A stretch of DNA of 64,000 nucleotides from Corallochytrium limacisporum Hawaii (taxonomy: Eukaryota; Protista; Pluriformea): positions 128,435 through 192,434 of the forward strand of contig PDIP01000011.1 of NCBI GenBank assembly GCA_002811645.1. Reading direction: 5' to 3'. Below, piece by piece: positions 41,701 to 51,016 of the stretch. Position 1 is the stretch's first letter, and each line of letters opens with the position of its first letter. The notes beneath the pieces are model-generated. The model searched no databases and was not told the DNA's origin. It saw only the letters and a list, made by a program, of their open reading frames with translations. A program made the position numbers and the translations under genes.

Positions 41701-44006
41701 TAAAGACCAGCCGTTCCGGTTACCTGCAGCGCTGTCTGATTAAGCACCTAGAGGGTTGTCGCGTGTCCTATGATAACACTGTGCGAGACAGCGATGGTAG
41801 CATTGTGCAATTCTTCTACGGTGAGGACGGCACAGATATTTCCAAGACGAGCTACCTGCGTGACTTTGAGTTCAACGCACGCAACTACTACGCTCTGCTT
41901 GGGAAGAGTAGTGCCACACTCGGATCGTCCTTATCCGCTGATGCTGCCGAGACCGAACGCAAGGAGCGTGAGGTGGCGAATATGTGGTCCAAGATCAATC
42001 GCCAGAAGAGCAATGCATCCAGCAACAAGGACTACGTGGACGATCCTGTAATGTCCGTCCTGGCTCCCCAGCACTACATTGGTTCTACGTCTGAGTCTTT
42101 CTACGACGCTGTCGAGACCCACGCCCATAAGATTGAGGCCCAGACAGAGCGCAAGCCGGGCTCTGATGTCGTTACCCGATACACCTCTGAAGAGCTAGAT
42201 GAGGACCGGTTCCGCACGCTCATGCATCTGCGTTACCATCAAGGTCTTGTCGATCCCGGTGAGGCAGTTGGTGTGCTCGCTGGCCAGGCCATCGGTGAGC
42301 CCTCAACTCAGATGACGTTGAACACTTTCCATTTCGCTGGTTTTGGTGCCATGAACGTCACCCTTGGTATCCCACGTTTGCGTGAGATTCTAATGACTGC
42401 GAGTGAAAACATCAAGACACCGACCATGAGCATTCCCGTCACGGAAGAGCGGAAGGAATCTGCAGAAAGATTGGCTGTGTCCATGACTCGTCTGACTTTC
42501 GATGCGGTCGTGGAAGGTCTTGAGGTCGAGGAGCGAGTGCTACCATACGACAAGGCTATGCTTGAACGTGCCCGCTGCTTCCAAGTGGTGGTTCAGCTGG
42601 TAGACAAAGAGGTATACACGGGCGACTCCATGCGCATGACCTTTGACACTGTACTGGATGTAGTCGAAAATGGCCTTATCCCACGGGCAGTGCGGGCTCT
42701 GAAGAAGGCCATGGGCCTAAAAAGTGACGATGAAGCCTTGGCCGGTGGTATTACATTAGATGATCTCGGTGTCGGCCACGTGCCTGTCGCCGATCGCACT
42801 GCCGCAGATGATGGGGATGGAGTTGAGGTCATGGACAAGAAGAATGATAAGAAGGTGAAGGGTGCAGCTACCAAGAAGAGCAAGAAGAAGGCAGCTGCCA
42901 AGAAGGAAGATGGTGAGGTAGCCAAGGCTCTGGATACGGACTCCGACTCAGACGTTATGGACTCTGGTGATGAAGGCGAGGGTGACGAGGACGGTATCAG
43001 CCGCGCTGCTAAGCGCCAAGCTAAGCGGGACGCCGAGGAAGGTGACGAGGACGACGAGGAAGCTATGGACATGGTTGAAGAGGAAGAGGACAACGAAGAG
43101 CTCGATATCAACGAAAACGAGAATGATGACGAGGTCAAGGACGGCAATGATGACGCGGACGTATCGTCTTCAAAGAAGAAGAAGACCACGCGCAGTAGCG
43201 GTAAGAAGGCCAAGGCGGCAGCAACCGCATCTTTGAACGTCAGCAACCCGAAGATAAACCTGATGTCCCCTCTCGCTGGCATGCGTTCCGGCAACAAGGC
43301 CAACCGCACTTACATCAACGCCTACAGGGACCGCATCCAGGCCATCACTGACCTCATGCCGGAGGTTGCCATGTACGACATTGACGACCACCGCCAGCAG
43401 GCGATTGCCTTCACTCTGGTCCTGCCTGGATCCGACGAGAAGATCCTGGCTGTCGACATTCTTCAGCGAATTGTCTCCGAAATGACTTTGCGCAGCGTGC
43501 CCGGGGTTAAGAAAGCTTTTGTGGTTCCGAACACAAAGCCAGACGCCGAGGCGCCATATAATCTTAACGTTGAGGGTGTAAACATTCATCACCTCTGGAA
43601 CCACGGTGAAGCCTGTAGTCTGCTGCCCAAGCTTTCCACCAACCACGTTCACGCCATGCTGAAGACGTACGGTGTGGAAGCCGCCCGAGCAGTCCTAACA
43701 AGAGAAATTCAATCTGTCTTCGAAGTCTACGGTATCGGTGTCGATCCACGCCATCTGTCCCTCATCGGTGACTACATGACCTTTGAGGGCGGGTACCGTC
43801 CGTTCAACCGGCTGGGTATGCGCTCCAACATTTCGCCGTTCGCGAAGATGAGCTTTGAGACCACCGGAGCGTTCCTGAAGGAGGCCACGGAACATCATGA
43901 CAGCGACGATATCCGCACCCCCAGTGCTGCGATTGTAGTTGGCAATGTCTGTGAGGTTGGTACCGGTGTTATTGACATGGGAGTGCCTATGGCTTCGATG
44001 GCTTAA
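38775..44006 (+). CDS. POLR1A: RNA polymerase I largest subunit
   Basis: GGLYDPALGP, CPGHVGHI, FRKHMMGKRVNYAARSVI, NADFDGDEMN, acidic Pol I expander insert; accATG at 38775 preferred over 38469. Confidence 0.97.
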   Translation: MSQYQDGFTLSKPLQTRVGVDRVTFAIYSREELLRISVKEVHDPVLFDALGQPTSGGLYDPALGPIGKDDICGTCSLNFVHCPGHVGHIMLPVPVYNPLLLSALLMVIRAQCLNCGRMKEHPLRVYAFVLALRLLDRNLLQDAMNLQDEYTPRGRDEDELKDSLNGFYDRALKRAKQNSAGGNNQDGNTQHIQAYRHELVGSFMRHAMAIKKCHLCQAHAQTFTKEGSGNLFVKPLPAKFRTAMTQLLILEDGVSKVSHISQIQSNKYLTPLAAREYLRKLWYREPQFVEVMYGRDSTADMFFVDVLPVIPSRFRPPSKAGDMITENPQNVHMGRILNDIVNLKRQQLNTTGKDNAKDAVQSGTESNKVADTADLRRMLNAYAQLQNDVCALMDSSMSSNVPGTVQQPGVRQILERKEGIFRKHMMGKRVNYAARSVISPDPCIDAREVGLPLVFATKLTFPDPVTDYNVEVLRQAVINGPDVYPGATHVRHENGSLSALGNFSRDGRIALANLLLTPTASSDHGKSTNSMLRPRKVVLRHIKNGDMLLGNRQPTLHKPSIMGHVARILPGEKTIRLHYANCNTYNADFDGDEMNLHFPQDLQAQAEAREITMADHQYISTTDGKPLRGLIQDHVIAGTRLSSRDAFFSRQEYQSLLCAAFPRAVDAFITQPPALLKPKQFWTGKQVLSTVLANVTRGMEPLNLVSKSRLPGKMWGESNAEEGIVIFSGGDLMQGILDKSQFGASAKGMVHAVHELYGSMVAGDLLSCLGRLFNAYLQMQGFTLGISDMILNLPGKTTRRKMLDEVQKEKGIPEAHEFLGTSLPKKKGDKGFSEEEAAAVRSALSYRLTSAQERAAFDAVMKGKLNGVTSNVIATCLPNLLHKPFPLNNLAFMVNTGAKGSSVNFSQIACLLGQQELEGKRVPVMASGKTLPSFVAYDSSPRSGGFVRQRFIGGLRPQEYFFHCMAGREGLVDTAVKTSRSGYLQRCLIKHLEGCRVSYDNTVRDSDGSIVQFFYGEDGTDISKTSYLRDFEFNARNYYALLGKSSATLGSSLSADAAETERKEREVANMWSKINRQKSNASSNKDYVDDPVMSVLAPQHYIGSTSESFYDAVETHAHKIEAQTERKPGSDVVTRYTSEELDEDRFRTLMHLRYHQGLVDPGEAVGVLAGQAIGEPSTQMTLNTFHFAGFGAMNVTLGIPRLREILMTASENIKTPTMSIPVTEERKESAERLAVSMTRLTFDAVVEGLEVEERVLPYDKAMLERARCFQVVVQLVDKEVYTGDSMRMTFDTVLDVVENGLIPRAVRALKKAMGLKSDDEALAGGITLDDLGVGHVPVADRTAADDGDGVEVMDKKNDKKVKGAATKKSKKKAAAKKEDGEVAKALDTDSDSDVMDSGDEGEGDEDGISRAAKRQAKRDAEEGDEDDEEAMDMVEEEEDNEELDINENENDDEVKDGNDDADVSSSKKKKTTRSSGKKAKAAATASLNVSNPKINLMSPLAGMRSGNKANRTYINAYRDRIQAITDLMPEVAMYDIDDHRQQAIAFTLVLPGSDEKILAVDILQRIVSEMTLRSVPGVKKAFVVPNTKPDAEAPYNLNVEGVNIHHLWNHGEACSLLPKLSTNHVHAMLKTYGVEAARAVLTREIQSVFEVYGIGVDPRHLSLIGDYMTFEGGYRPFNRLGMRSNISPFAKMSFETTGAFLKEATEHHDSDDIRTPSAAIVVGNVCEVGTGVIDMGVPMASMA

Positions 44007-44097
44007 AGCGACCAGAACGACAAATCTCATTCGGCAGGAGAAATCACAGATTGAAACATAAAAGTCTTTTAGTATTAGTATTCGTTCTATCAATAAT

Positions 44098-46755
44098 TTA
44101 CCAGGGCTCCGCCTTCGGGTTGGTCAGCGCGTGTTCCCTGAAAATGTCATCCAGGCCCTCAAGACCAGACGCGGCCGCCGCGGCCGCTGCTTCGCTCTGG
44201 CCCTCCGCCCGGCGGGCAACGGCCTTGTCGCGCTCCGCACGAAATGCTTCAGCGCTTAGGAACGGGGCCTCCGAGGCGTAGGCCTGAGCCACCAGTGGCC
44301 CCGGTGCAGCCGTTTCTGTCTCGGTCTTCCGGCCTTGCACCGCGGCCGCCAGTGCGGACGCCCCGCGCCATGTCGTGAGACTCAAGTCTTCGCTTCGAAT
44401 TACCCGCGGCTCGACGCCGGACGGCAGTTCGGAGCCAATCTCCGAAAGCAAACGATCGACAAAACCCTGGATCCGAGACACCCCTCCGGTGAAAACAATG
44501 TTTCTGGCCATACACTGGAATATCTCTTTTCCTTCTTCAGTGTTAGAATTTTGGTACTTGGATAGCACAAACGCCACCAAATCTGCCAGTCCGCGTTGCT
44601 GGACATTGATCAGTCCGGGCTGGAAGAAGGCCTCTGCGTAGAGGAACCGTTCGGTGCGCAAGTAGATGCGGTGCTGCTCTTCAATTTCCTCTCGTTCCTT
44701 TGCCTCCTCCTTCTTTACAAAGGTCGGATCATGCTTCCGCAGCTGCTCCTCGATGTCCTGCAGCGTTGCCTCCTCACGCTCCTCCTCTGAATCCTCCGCG
44801 TTGGGGTCCATCTGGCGGTAAACATTCCAATCGTCGTCATCCATACCAAAGCCGTCGTCTTCATCATCGGACAACCCACCCCCTCCGCGCCTCCGACGGT
44901 GATGAACCACGGGACGCTCCCCGTCGTCATCGTCATCGTCCATGCCCATGTCTCCACCGCTAAAATCAACGCCGGCGGTGCCTCCCATTGACCCGCCCGC
45001 AGACGAGGAGCCACCGCGGTCCTTAATTTGCTGTGCAAGAAGCCGCAAACGCTTTCGCGACTCCGCAGTGCCTCGCGAAGTGTCCGTTGTCTGCCGCAAT
45101 CGTTCGCGTCGTTCGCGTTGGGCCAGGAGGTGGTCCCGCTGGTTCCAAAGGCCCTGGAGGTCAACAGCATTAGTCTCTGCGTCGCCCTCGGCTTTGGCTT
45201 CATTCTGGCCGGAACCGTGCCCTTCACCGCCGCTGTTGTCGTTGCCGTCCTCCCCGCGCTCCCACGAGTCGACCTTGGCCTGCAGACGGTCAACACCTTC
45301 TTTGCGCTTCGCCACATCCGTCTCCATGTCCGCAATTGCATTCTCTAATGCCTGTTTGTTGCGGAAGCCAAGCTGTTTTAATGTCGCTCTGAAGTCCTGC
45401 AGATCTATGCCGTGGAGATCATGGAGCTGCTGAAGTTCCTGCAGGTCGCTCTCTCTTTCCTCGAGAAGGGCCTTGCGTTTCTTCAGCATGCCCATTTGGA
45501 GACGCCTCCCCTGGGCTCTCCGTTTCTCCAGACGGATCTTCATTTGCTCCGGATCGTCGACTTCTTTCGTATCATAGGGAATCCGGAAAACCAATTCATG
45601 GTCCTTGACGTACGCCGCGTTTTGCCAGGGCTGGACGGCGGCGTCGTAGGTAGGCAGAGCTGTTACACAATGCTTTCGAACAAGCCGGTCAATAACGTAA
45701 GGCCGGAATACTGAGTCCCACTGACTGTTGTGCAGGCCGAGAATCTGCCCGAAGTACTCAGCTGCCTGACGCCCTCCAACGTCCAACCGCTTCGAATTGC
45801 TCCATTCTGGCTTACCCCGAACAACAGGTACGACATGGCACCGTTCGCTTCCGCAATGTACGACCACGGCATGAATTGCAGACTGGGATGGCTGTGCCCG
45901 TCCTGCGGCGGCATTGGCACCTGCAACAGAAGGGCGCTTACGAGAGCTCGTCAGGTCCTGGGCCGATGTCGAAATTGACGTGGGTAGCCGCAGATCGCTC
46001 CATGCTAACCCACACAGAGCAACAACAGGATCCACCGCAGTTCCAACTCGCGGAAAAGCGTAGGACTCAAAGAAAAGATCGAAGAGAAGACTCCGAGCAT
46101 GGCTGGGTTCCAGCACCGGTTCCGTCAGAAACAGGTCGTGGTCAATCTCTTCCCGCCCGCTCACTCCAAGTCGCCAGAACGCGTGATCGAGCAAAACCTC
46201 TAAATGATCACGGTTGTACATGACCCCGCCGTCAAAGGGCTTTTTCTTCTGCCATCGGCTCTGGGACGGGTCCTGGAGTTCGTCCGCCATGGCATTGCCG
46301 AGCAGTCCGCGGTCATCCCGGCCTCGCACGTAGTAGCTCGGAATTGCAACGATTGGATCCATATCACCAGCGAACCCAACTCGAATTTCGTGCGAACCAA
46401 GATCAAGAACTATTGCTGGTAGTGCACTCGCTCCTAAGGTCCCGGTTACGCTTGTCCGCGGCGTGTTGGAGGCGCTAGTCGAGGATTTTCTGCGTTTCGG
46501 CATTGGCGCAGATGCTCCTGCGGCAGCCAATGCTTCGTTCGCCCATTTCTTCCGTCTTGTCTCATACTCTTCACTTCTGAAGCTCCAGTCCTGCGGAGTC
46601 TGCCAATCTGGTTGTTTTCCAACACTGTCAAAGAACTCAAAGATGTGTTCTGGATTGGTGCCCAATGTGACCCCCTTTACCTCCTCTGAGGTGGTCGGTG
46701 GCATGCTGGTGCCAGGTTCCGGCTTTGCGTCGTCCACTGATGGTGGTGCCATCAT
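44098..46755 (-). CDS. ACTR5: Actin-related protein 5 (INO80 complex)
   Basis: IVLDLGS..RVGFAG, LTEP, LFFESYAFP, long coiled-coil insert, DDGFGMDDDDWNVYRQM, FFQPGLI, TGG. Confidence 0.9.
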   Translation of the reverse strand: MMAPPSVDDAKPEPGTSMPPTTSEEVKGVTLGTNPEHIFEFFDSVGKQPDWQTPQDWSFRSEEYETRRKKWANEALAAAGASAPMPKRRKSSTSASNTPRTSVTGTLGASALPAIVLDLGSHEIRVGFAGDMDPIVAIPSYYVRGRDDRGLLGNAMADELQDPSQSRWQKKKPFDGGVMYNRDHLEVLLDHAFWRLGVSGREEIDHDLFLTEPVLEPSHARSLLFDLFFESYAFPRVGTAVDPVVALCGLAWSDLRLPTSISTSAQDLTSSRKRPSVAGANAAAGRAQPSQSAIHAVVVHCGSERCHVVPVVRGKPEWSNSKRLDVGGRQAAEYFGQILGLHNSQWDSVFRPYVIDRLVRKHCVTALPTYDAAVQPWQNAAYVKDHELVFRIPYDTKEVDDPEQMKIRLEKRRAQGRRLQMGMLKKRKALLEERESDLQELQQLHDLHGIDLQDFRATLKQLGFRNKQALENAIADMETDVAKRKEGVDRLQAKVDSWERGEDGNDNSGGEGHGSGQNEAKAEGDAETNAVDLQGLWNQRDHLLAQRERRERLRQTTDTSRGTAESRKRLRLLAQQIKDRGGSSSAGGSMGGTAGVDFSGGDMGMDDDDDDGERPVVHHRRRRGGGGLSDDEDDGFGMDDDDWNVYRQMDPNAEDSEEEREEATLQDIEEQLRKHDPTFVKKEEAKEREEIEEQHRIYLRTERFLYAEAFFQPGLINVQQRGLADLVAFVLSKYQNSNTEEGKEIFQCMARNIVFTGGVSRIQGFVDRLLSEIGSELPSGVEPRVIRSEDLSLTTWRGASALAAAVQGRKTETETAAPGPLVAQAYASEAPFLSAEAFRAERDKAVARRAEGQSEAAAAAAASGLEGLDDIFREHALTNPKAEPW

Positions 46756-47293
46756 TTATTTCATGCTCTGAATCGCTTCAGGGAAGTACACGAATTTCTT
46801 ACACCATTGCGTGTTTGGAACGGGAGTATTTTCTTCTAAGTTTCCATAAAGAACACAGTGCGTTATGATTATAGCATACCCCATAGTTGTGTACACTATC
46901 ACCAAAATCAGTCCCCTTGATAACAGATCGTGGTCCTCTTGGAAATAGCTAACCTCGTGAAAGCTGTTGATATTGCGACGAGAAGAATGAAGTGACACCA
47001 ACGCTAAAAGAAAAACAGAGTGCAAGGGTAAACTGGACGAGCCCTCTGCCTCTTGAGACTCCCCCCCCTCCGGGTCGGGGAAAGGGGACACCCTTCCCCA
47101 TGCCAGCCCAGGGGCACGCAGGTTAAGGGCTGGCGACGCGACGATCAAACTGTCGATGTAGGTAAGCAAACGTGTCTTCATGTGAGATTCTACTGTGCAT
47201 CCCATTGTTCAACGTGGTATTATAATGCATGATACATGTCTATATTGTGTAAGAGAAGGTTAGAAAATGTGATTCGCATGGTCGCTCTCAAAA

Positions 47294-50200
47294 CTATGCC
47301 GTCTCCGAACCGGAAAGGCTGTCAAGACGGAGGTACTTGTAGCGGTTCTTGAAGCCGCGCTTCAGGCCGATGCGACGAATGAGACGCTTGATCTTGTGCG
47401 CCTGAACGCAATACTTCTCCAGCAAGAAGTGCATGAGGCCGTTTGCCACGACTAACAGGGATAGAAAGACATACCCAGAAGTGGGGATATCTGTACGGTC
47501 AAACTGGAAGAGAGAATCGATCCATCCGACAGGAATAAGTACCAGTGCAAAGCTGATTACATACAGGAGGATCAACGTGAACAGGTACGGCCGATTGTTG
47601 TAAATCGGCTGACGATACTGCTTGCTCAAACTGAAAGCAATGGCTGTGTGAAGGTACTGGAAGCAGCTGATAAAAAAGATTACGTAGTTTTCCTGGCTTT
47701 CAATGTTGTCCGCGGCCGGGTCGGGCTGCAGGGGCCTATACCACGGTTGCTTCTGCAACCACACGTAGGCCATCACCTGGAACAAAACTACCAGCAGAAT
47801 ATGCAGGATCAGACTGATGATCACTACGGGGGCAATCAGAGAACCCGGAGGACGCAGTGGAATGATCTCTTCATAGGCACGCGTCCAGCCCATAAGCATG
47901 GCAACGGGCAGGATCAGGACAAGGTCAAAATAGAGGAATTGGAAGTCGCCCAGGTTTGAATCAATGTAGTACAGAATCAGAATGCTCACAAACTGAATCA
48001 TTGAGTAGAGGGCCATGTACTGGAAGCATCCAAAAGAGGTTATCAGGGCAGCCCTGCCTTCCTTGATTACCGTCAACATACATTCGATCGTAGGGACCTT
48101 GCACGTAAAGGGTGCAGCCACGGATGCTTCACTGTCGGACAGGCTGACGCCTACGTGCGCTGCCTTTAATGCGCCACAATCGTTCGCACCGTCACCGCAG
48201 AAGGCAACACAGTAGCCTAGATCCATGAGGCGAGTGACCAACTCGGCTTTTTGGTCGGGTGACATGCGTGCAAATATCACGCCGCGTACCAATAGCCGGT
48301 CAAAGAGCATGGGTTGCCGAGCCACAAGCAGTCCGAAGGCACGGCCCGTGATGGCGATCTCAACGTCGGGGCGTCGCAGCAGGCGGTCCAGGCTCACATT
48401 ACCGTCCATATCGTGATGGTAAGCATTTTCAAGACTCTGGTTATCCATAGAACTGCGGTGGGAGTCCTCCATGCGAATGTCCGGTTCGTCCATGTGTGTC
48501 CAGTTTATGAACGGACGGCCGTCGGCGTCGAGTTCACTGCTGAGGTCGCCGAGCCAGACCGGAGCTTCTGTTCCGATCATACCACATTCGCGGGCTACTG
48601 ACGTTGCGGTTAGAGCATTATCACCAGTGACCATGGCTATTCGCACCCCGGAAGAAATCAATTCCTCGACTGCAGGCTGAGATTGCGGTTTCAGGCGGTT
48701 TTGCATGATGAGGAAGCCGAGGAAGATCAGGTTGTACTCTACATCCTCACGCTCGATACGATTGGCCCGTACAAAGCTCATATCCGGCAATTCCTTGTAC
48801 GCCAAGGCCAGAACACGCAGACCCTGGCTGGTATAAATCTTTAGAATCTCCGCAAAATCCGGGGGGATACTGTCAGGACTGCTGAGATCGCGGATCATTT
48901 CCGGAGATCCCTTGACGAAGAGTGTATAGTCGTCCTCCAGCACACCCTTGGTAATAACCGACATGCGCTGCAGTCGTGCGCTAAATGGGAATGATGTGAC
49001 GATGCCGTACTCCTGGCCAATAGCGGCCACGTCGAGGCCCGAGGGAGCGTCTTCGTTTTGCAGGAACGCTTCCGCATCAAATCCCTTGGCCTCTGGCGCA
49101 CGCACCACTGTGGGCGCCAAGCGGTCAAAATTTGTGGACTCTTCACCCATCCTGGGTGTGGCTCCGTCCTCGTTGATGTACTCATTGCTGTCTCGCCGCT
49201 CGGGTGGGGTGCCGCTGCTCTCGTCCAGAACCCAGCCCGTGGCCTCAAACATTTTGAGATCGACGGGGTCACCAACCAACTCACCATGAACCCGGGTCAG
49301 AGAGTGGCAGGATGCCATGCAGACCATCATGAGATCTCCTGACAGCTCTGCAGGGAAGTCATGGGCTGCGTGCTCGAAGCATGCGTCCCGGGACGGCACA
49401 GCCCCCCACACGTCAAGCCCTTCTTCAGTGAGAGTGCCAGTCTTGTCGAAACAAATCATCTTCAATTTACCACACACATTCACTCGCGGCGGTGATATGC
49501 AGTAGAGATCCTTCTCCTTCATACGCTCCATGGCAAACACAGTACCAACAGTCATGGCTGTTGGCAATGCTGGTGGTACGACGATTGTTATGAGATCAAG
49601 AGCACGAATGATGGCGTCGTACACACACGTACCCCAGTGGAACATCATCACAATAGTGTAACCAAACCCGATCAAACTCAAGATTGCCAGACAGCCTATG
49701 AACTTGAAAGCATCCTCGTAGAACTTAAATTTGGACGGCCGCGGGAAAAGAATGCTACGCACTAAAGATCCTTTGGCGGTGGTGAAGCCCGTGCGAACCA
49801 CACGCGCCACTACAGGTTTTGTTCCATAGTATCGCGTTTGAATTATCTGTGTACCGGCAAATAGGGTGTGCCGCTTGTCCTCGTCCGGATCGTAATAGTG
49901 ATCCGCGGGAGTCAGTGACTCCTTGGCGACTGGTACCGACTCCCCCGTTAGCATGGCTTCATTGACGATGCACTTGCCACTCAGAAGCACCGCATCGCAC
50001 GGCATAACCATGCCTTGGGCTGGCAAATAAATCAAATCCCCTGGCACAAGATCCGAGCTGTCCGGGATCTCAAAGTATTCCCCGTCGCGAACCACACCGA
50101 CCGCAGTAGTGAAGGACGCCATGTTCCGTAAGCTTTCTAAATTTCGCCGCGTCTCCAAAAGTGAGACTACGATACTAATTACAGAGGTTACAAAGATGAC

Positions 50201-51016
50201 CACTGCGTAGTAGTAGTACTCCTCAACCACCCACAGTACAATGGACGCAATCTGGAAGATATAGAACGGATGCAGAACCTCCGTGACCAGCAAATGCCCG
50301 TAGCTGGGCACATCGACCACGGTTTCGTTGTGGCCATGTACCACGAAACTCAAGGCCCGCAGCTTAACTGACTCTTCCTTCAAGGCCTTGTTGACCATGG
50401 CCCGCTTTGTTAGCTTCTTCTCGAATGCCTCTGCGGGCAGGAATTGGTCCCTGTACGGATGGTAGACGTAGCGCACGTACTTGTGCTCCACCAAACGAAT
50501 CTGATGCTTACCATCGAAAGGAGTTCCTTTGCAATCTAATTCCTCTGTGCGGTAGATCCTGACGCGCAGCACTGAGACCGATCCATCCAACTCTGGGACA
50601 ACGAGACGATGCGCTTTGTTGAGGTGCACCCTTTTCTGAGTTATCTTGACCCACCACTGCGGCATCCATCGGCACAACAGCGCTAGCATACCACCCGTCA
50701 GAATGACCCCAATACGGTACACGAAAACCCAGAATGGGGAGTCCACAAAACCAAATGTCTGGCGTACTACTTCACTGTCCTCGTCCGGGAGTTCAATGTG
50801 CAAAGTGTTTGTGGTTGCTTCTATGTCTGAACCCTCTGGACTTTGATACGATTGTGCTTCAGATTCACTTGAGAAGGAGGTCGCTTCCTCCACGGGGTCC
50901 ACGGGGGAACCGAGCAAGTGCTGTTCCTCCTCATTTTCGAGGCCGTAGTTGTCGTTGAAACTTGCCATCCTTATAGTGTCCTGAAGTTCTATCTCCTCAG
51001 GTGCAAGTTGTTCCAT
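47294..51016 (-). CDS. P5B-type ATPase (ATP13A2/3, Ypk9-like polyamine transporter)
   Basis: LTGES, PPALP (P5B signature), DKTGTLT, KGSPE, TGDN, GDGAND. Confidence 0.95.
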   Translation of the reverse strand: MEQLAPEEIELQDTIRMASFNDNYGLENEEEQHLLGSPVDPVEEATSFSSESEAQSYQSPEGSDIEATTNTLHIELPDEDSEVVRQTFGFVDSPFWVFVYRIGVILTGGMLALLCRWMPQWWVKITQKRVHLNKAHRLVVPELDGSVSVLRVRIYRTEELDCKGTPFDGKHQIRLVEHKYVRYVYHPYRDQFLPAEAFEKKLTKRAMVNKALKEESVKLRALSFVVHGHNETVVDVPSYGHLLVTEVLHPFYIFQIASIVLWVVEEYYYYAVVIFVTSVISIVVSLLETRRNLESLRNMASFTTAVGVVRDGEYFEIPDSSDLVPGDLIYLPAQGMVMPCDAVLLSGKCIVNEAMLTGESVPVAKESLTPADHYYDPDEDKRHTLFAGTQIIQTRYYGTKPVVARVVRTGFTTAKGSLVRSILFPRPSKFKFYEDAFKFIGCLAILSLIGFGYTIVMMFHWGTCVYDAIIRALDLITIVVPPALPTAMTVGTVFAMERMKEKDLYCISPPRVNVCGKLKMICFDKTGTLTEEGLDVWGAVPSRDACFEHAAHDFPAELSGDLMMVCMASCHSLTRVHGELVGDPVDLKMFEATGWVLDESSGTPPERRDSNEYINEDGATPRMGEESTNFDRLAPTVVRAPEAKGFDAEAFLQNEDAPSGLDVAAIGQEYGIVTSFPFSARLQRMSVITKGVLEDDYTLFVKGSPEMIRDLSSPDSIPPDFAEILKIYTSQGLRVLALAYKELPDMSFVRANRIEREDVEYNLIFLGFLIMQNRLKPQSQPAVEELISSGVRIAMVTGDNALTATSVARECGMIGTEAPVWLGDLSSELDADGRPFINWTHMDEPDIRMEDSHRSSMDNQSLENAYHHDMDGNVSLDRLLRRPDVEIAITGRAFGLLVARQPMLFDRLLVRGVIFARMSPDQKAELVTRLMDLGYCVAFCGDGANDCGALKAAHVGVSLSDSEASVAAPFTCKVPTIECMLTVIKEGRAALITSFGCFQYMALYSMIQFVSILILYYIDSNLGDFQFLYFDLVLILPVAMLMGWTRAYEEIIPLRPPGSLIAPVVIISLILHILLVVLFQVMAYVWLQKQPWYRPLQPDPAADNIESQENYVIFFISCFQYLHTAIAFSLSKQYRQPIYNNRPYLFTLILLYVISFALVLIPVGWIDSLFQFDRTDIPTSGYVFLSLLVVANGLMHFLLEKYCVQAHKIKRLIRRIGLKRGFKNRYKYLRLDSLSGSETA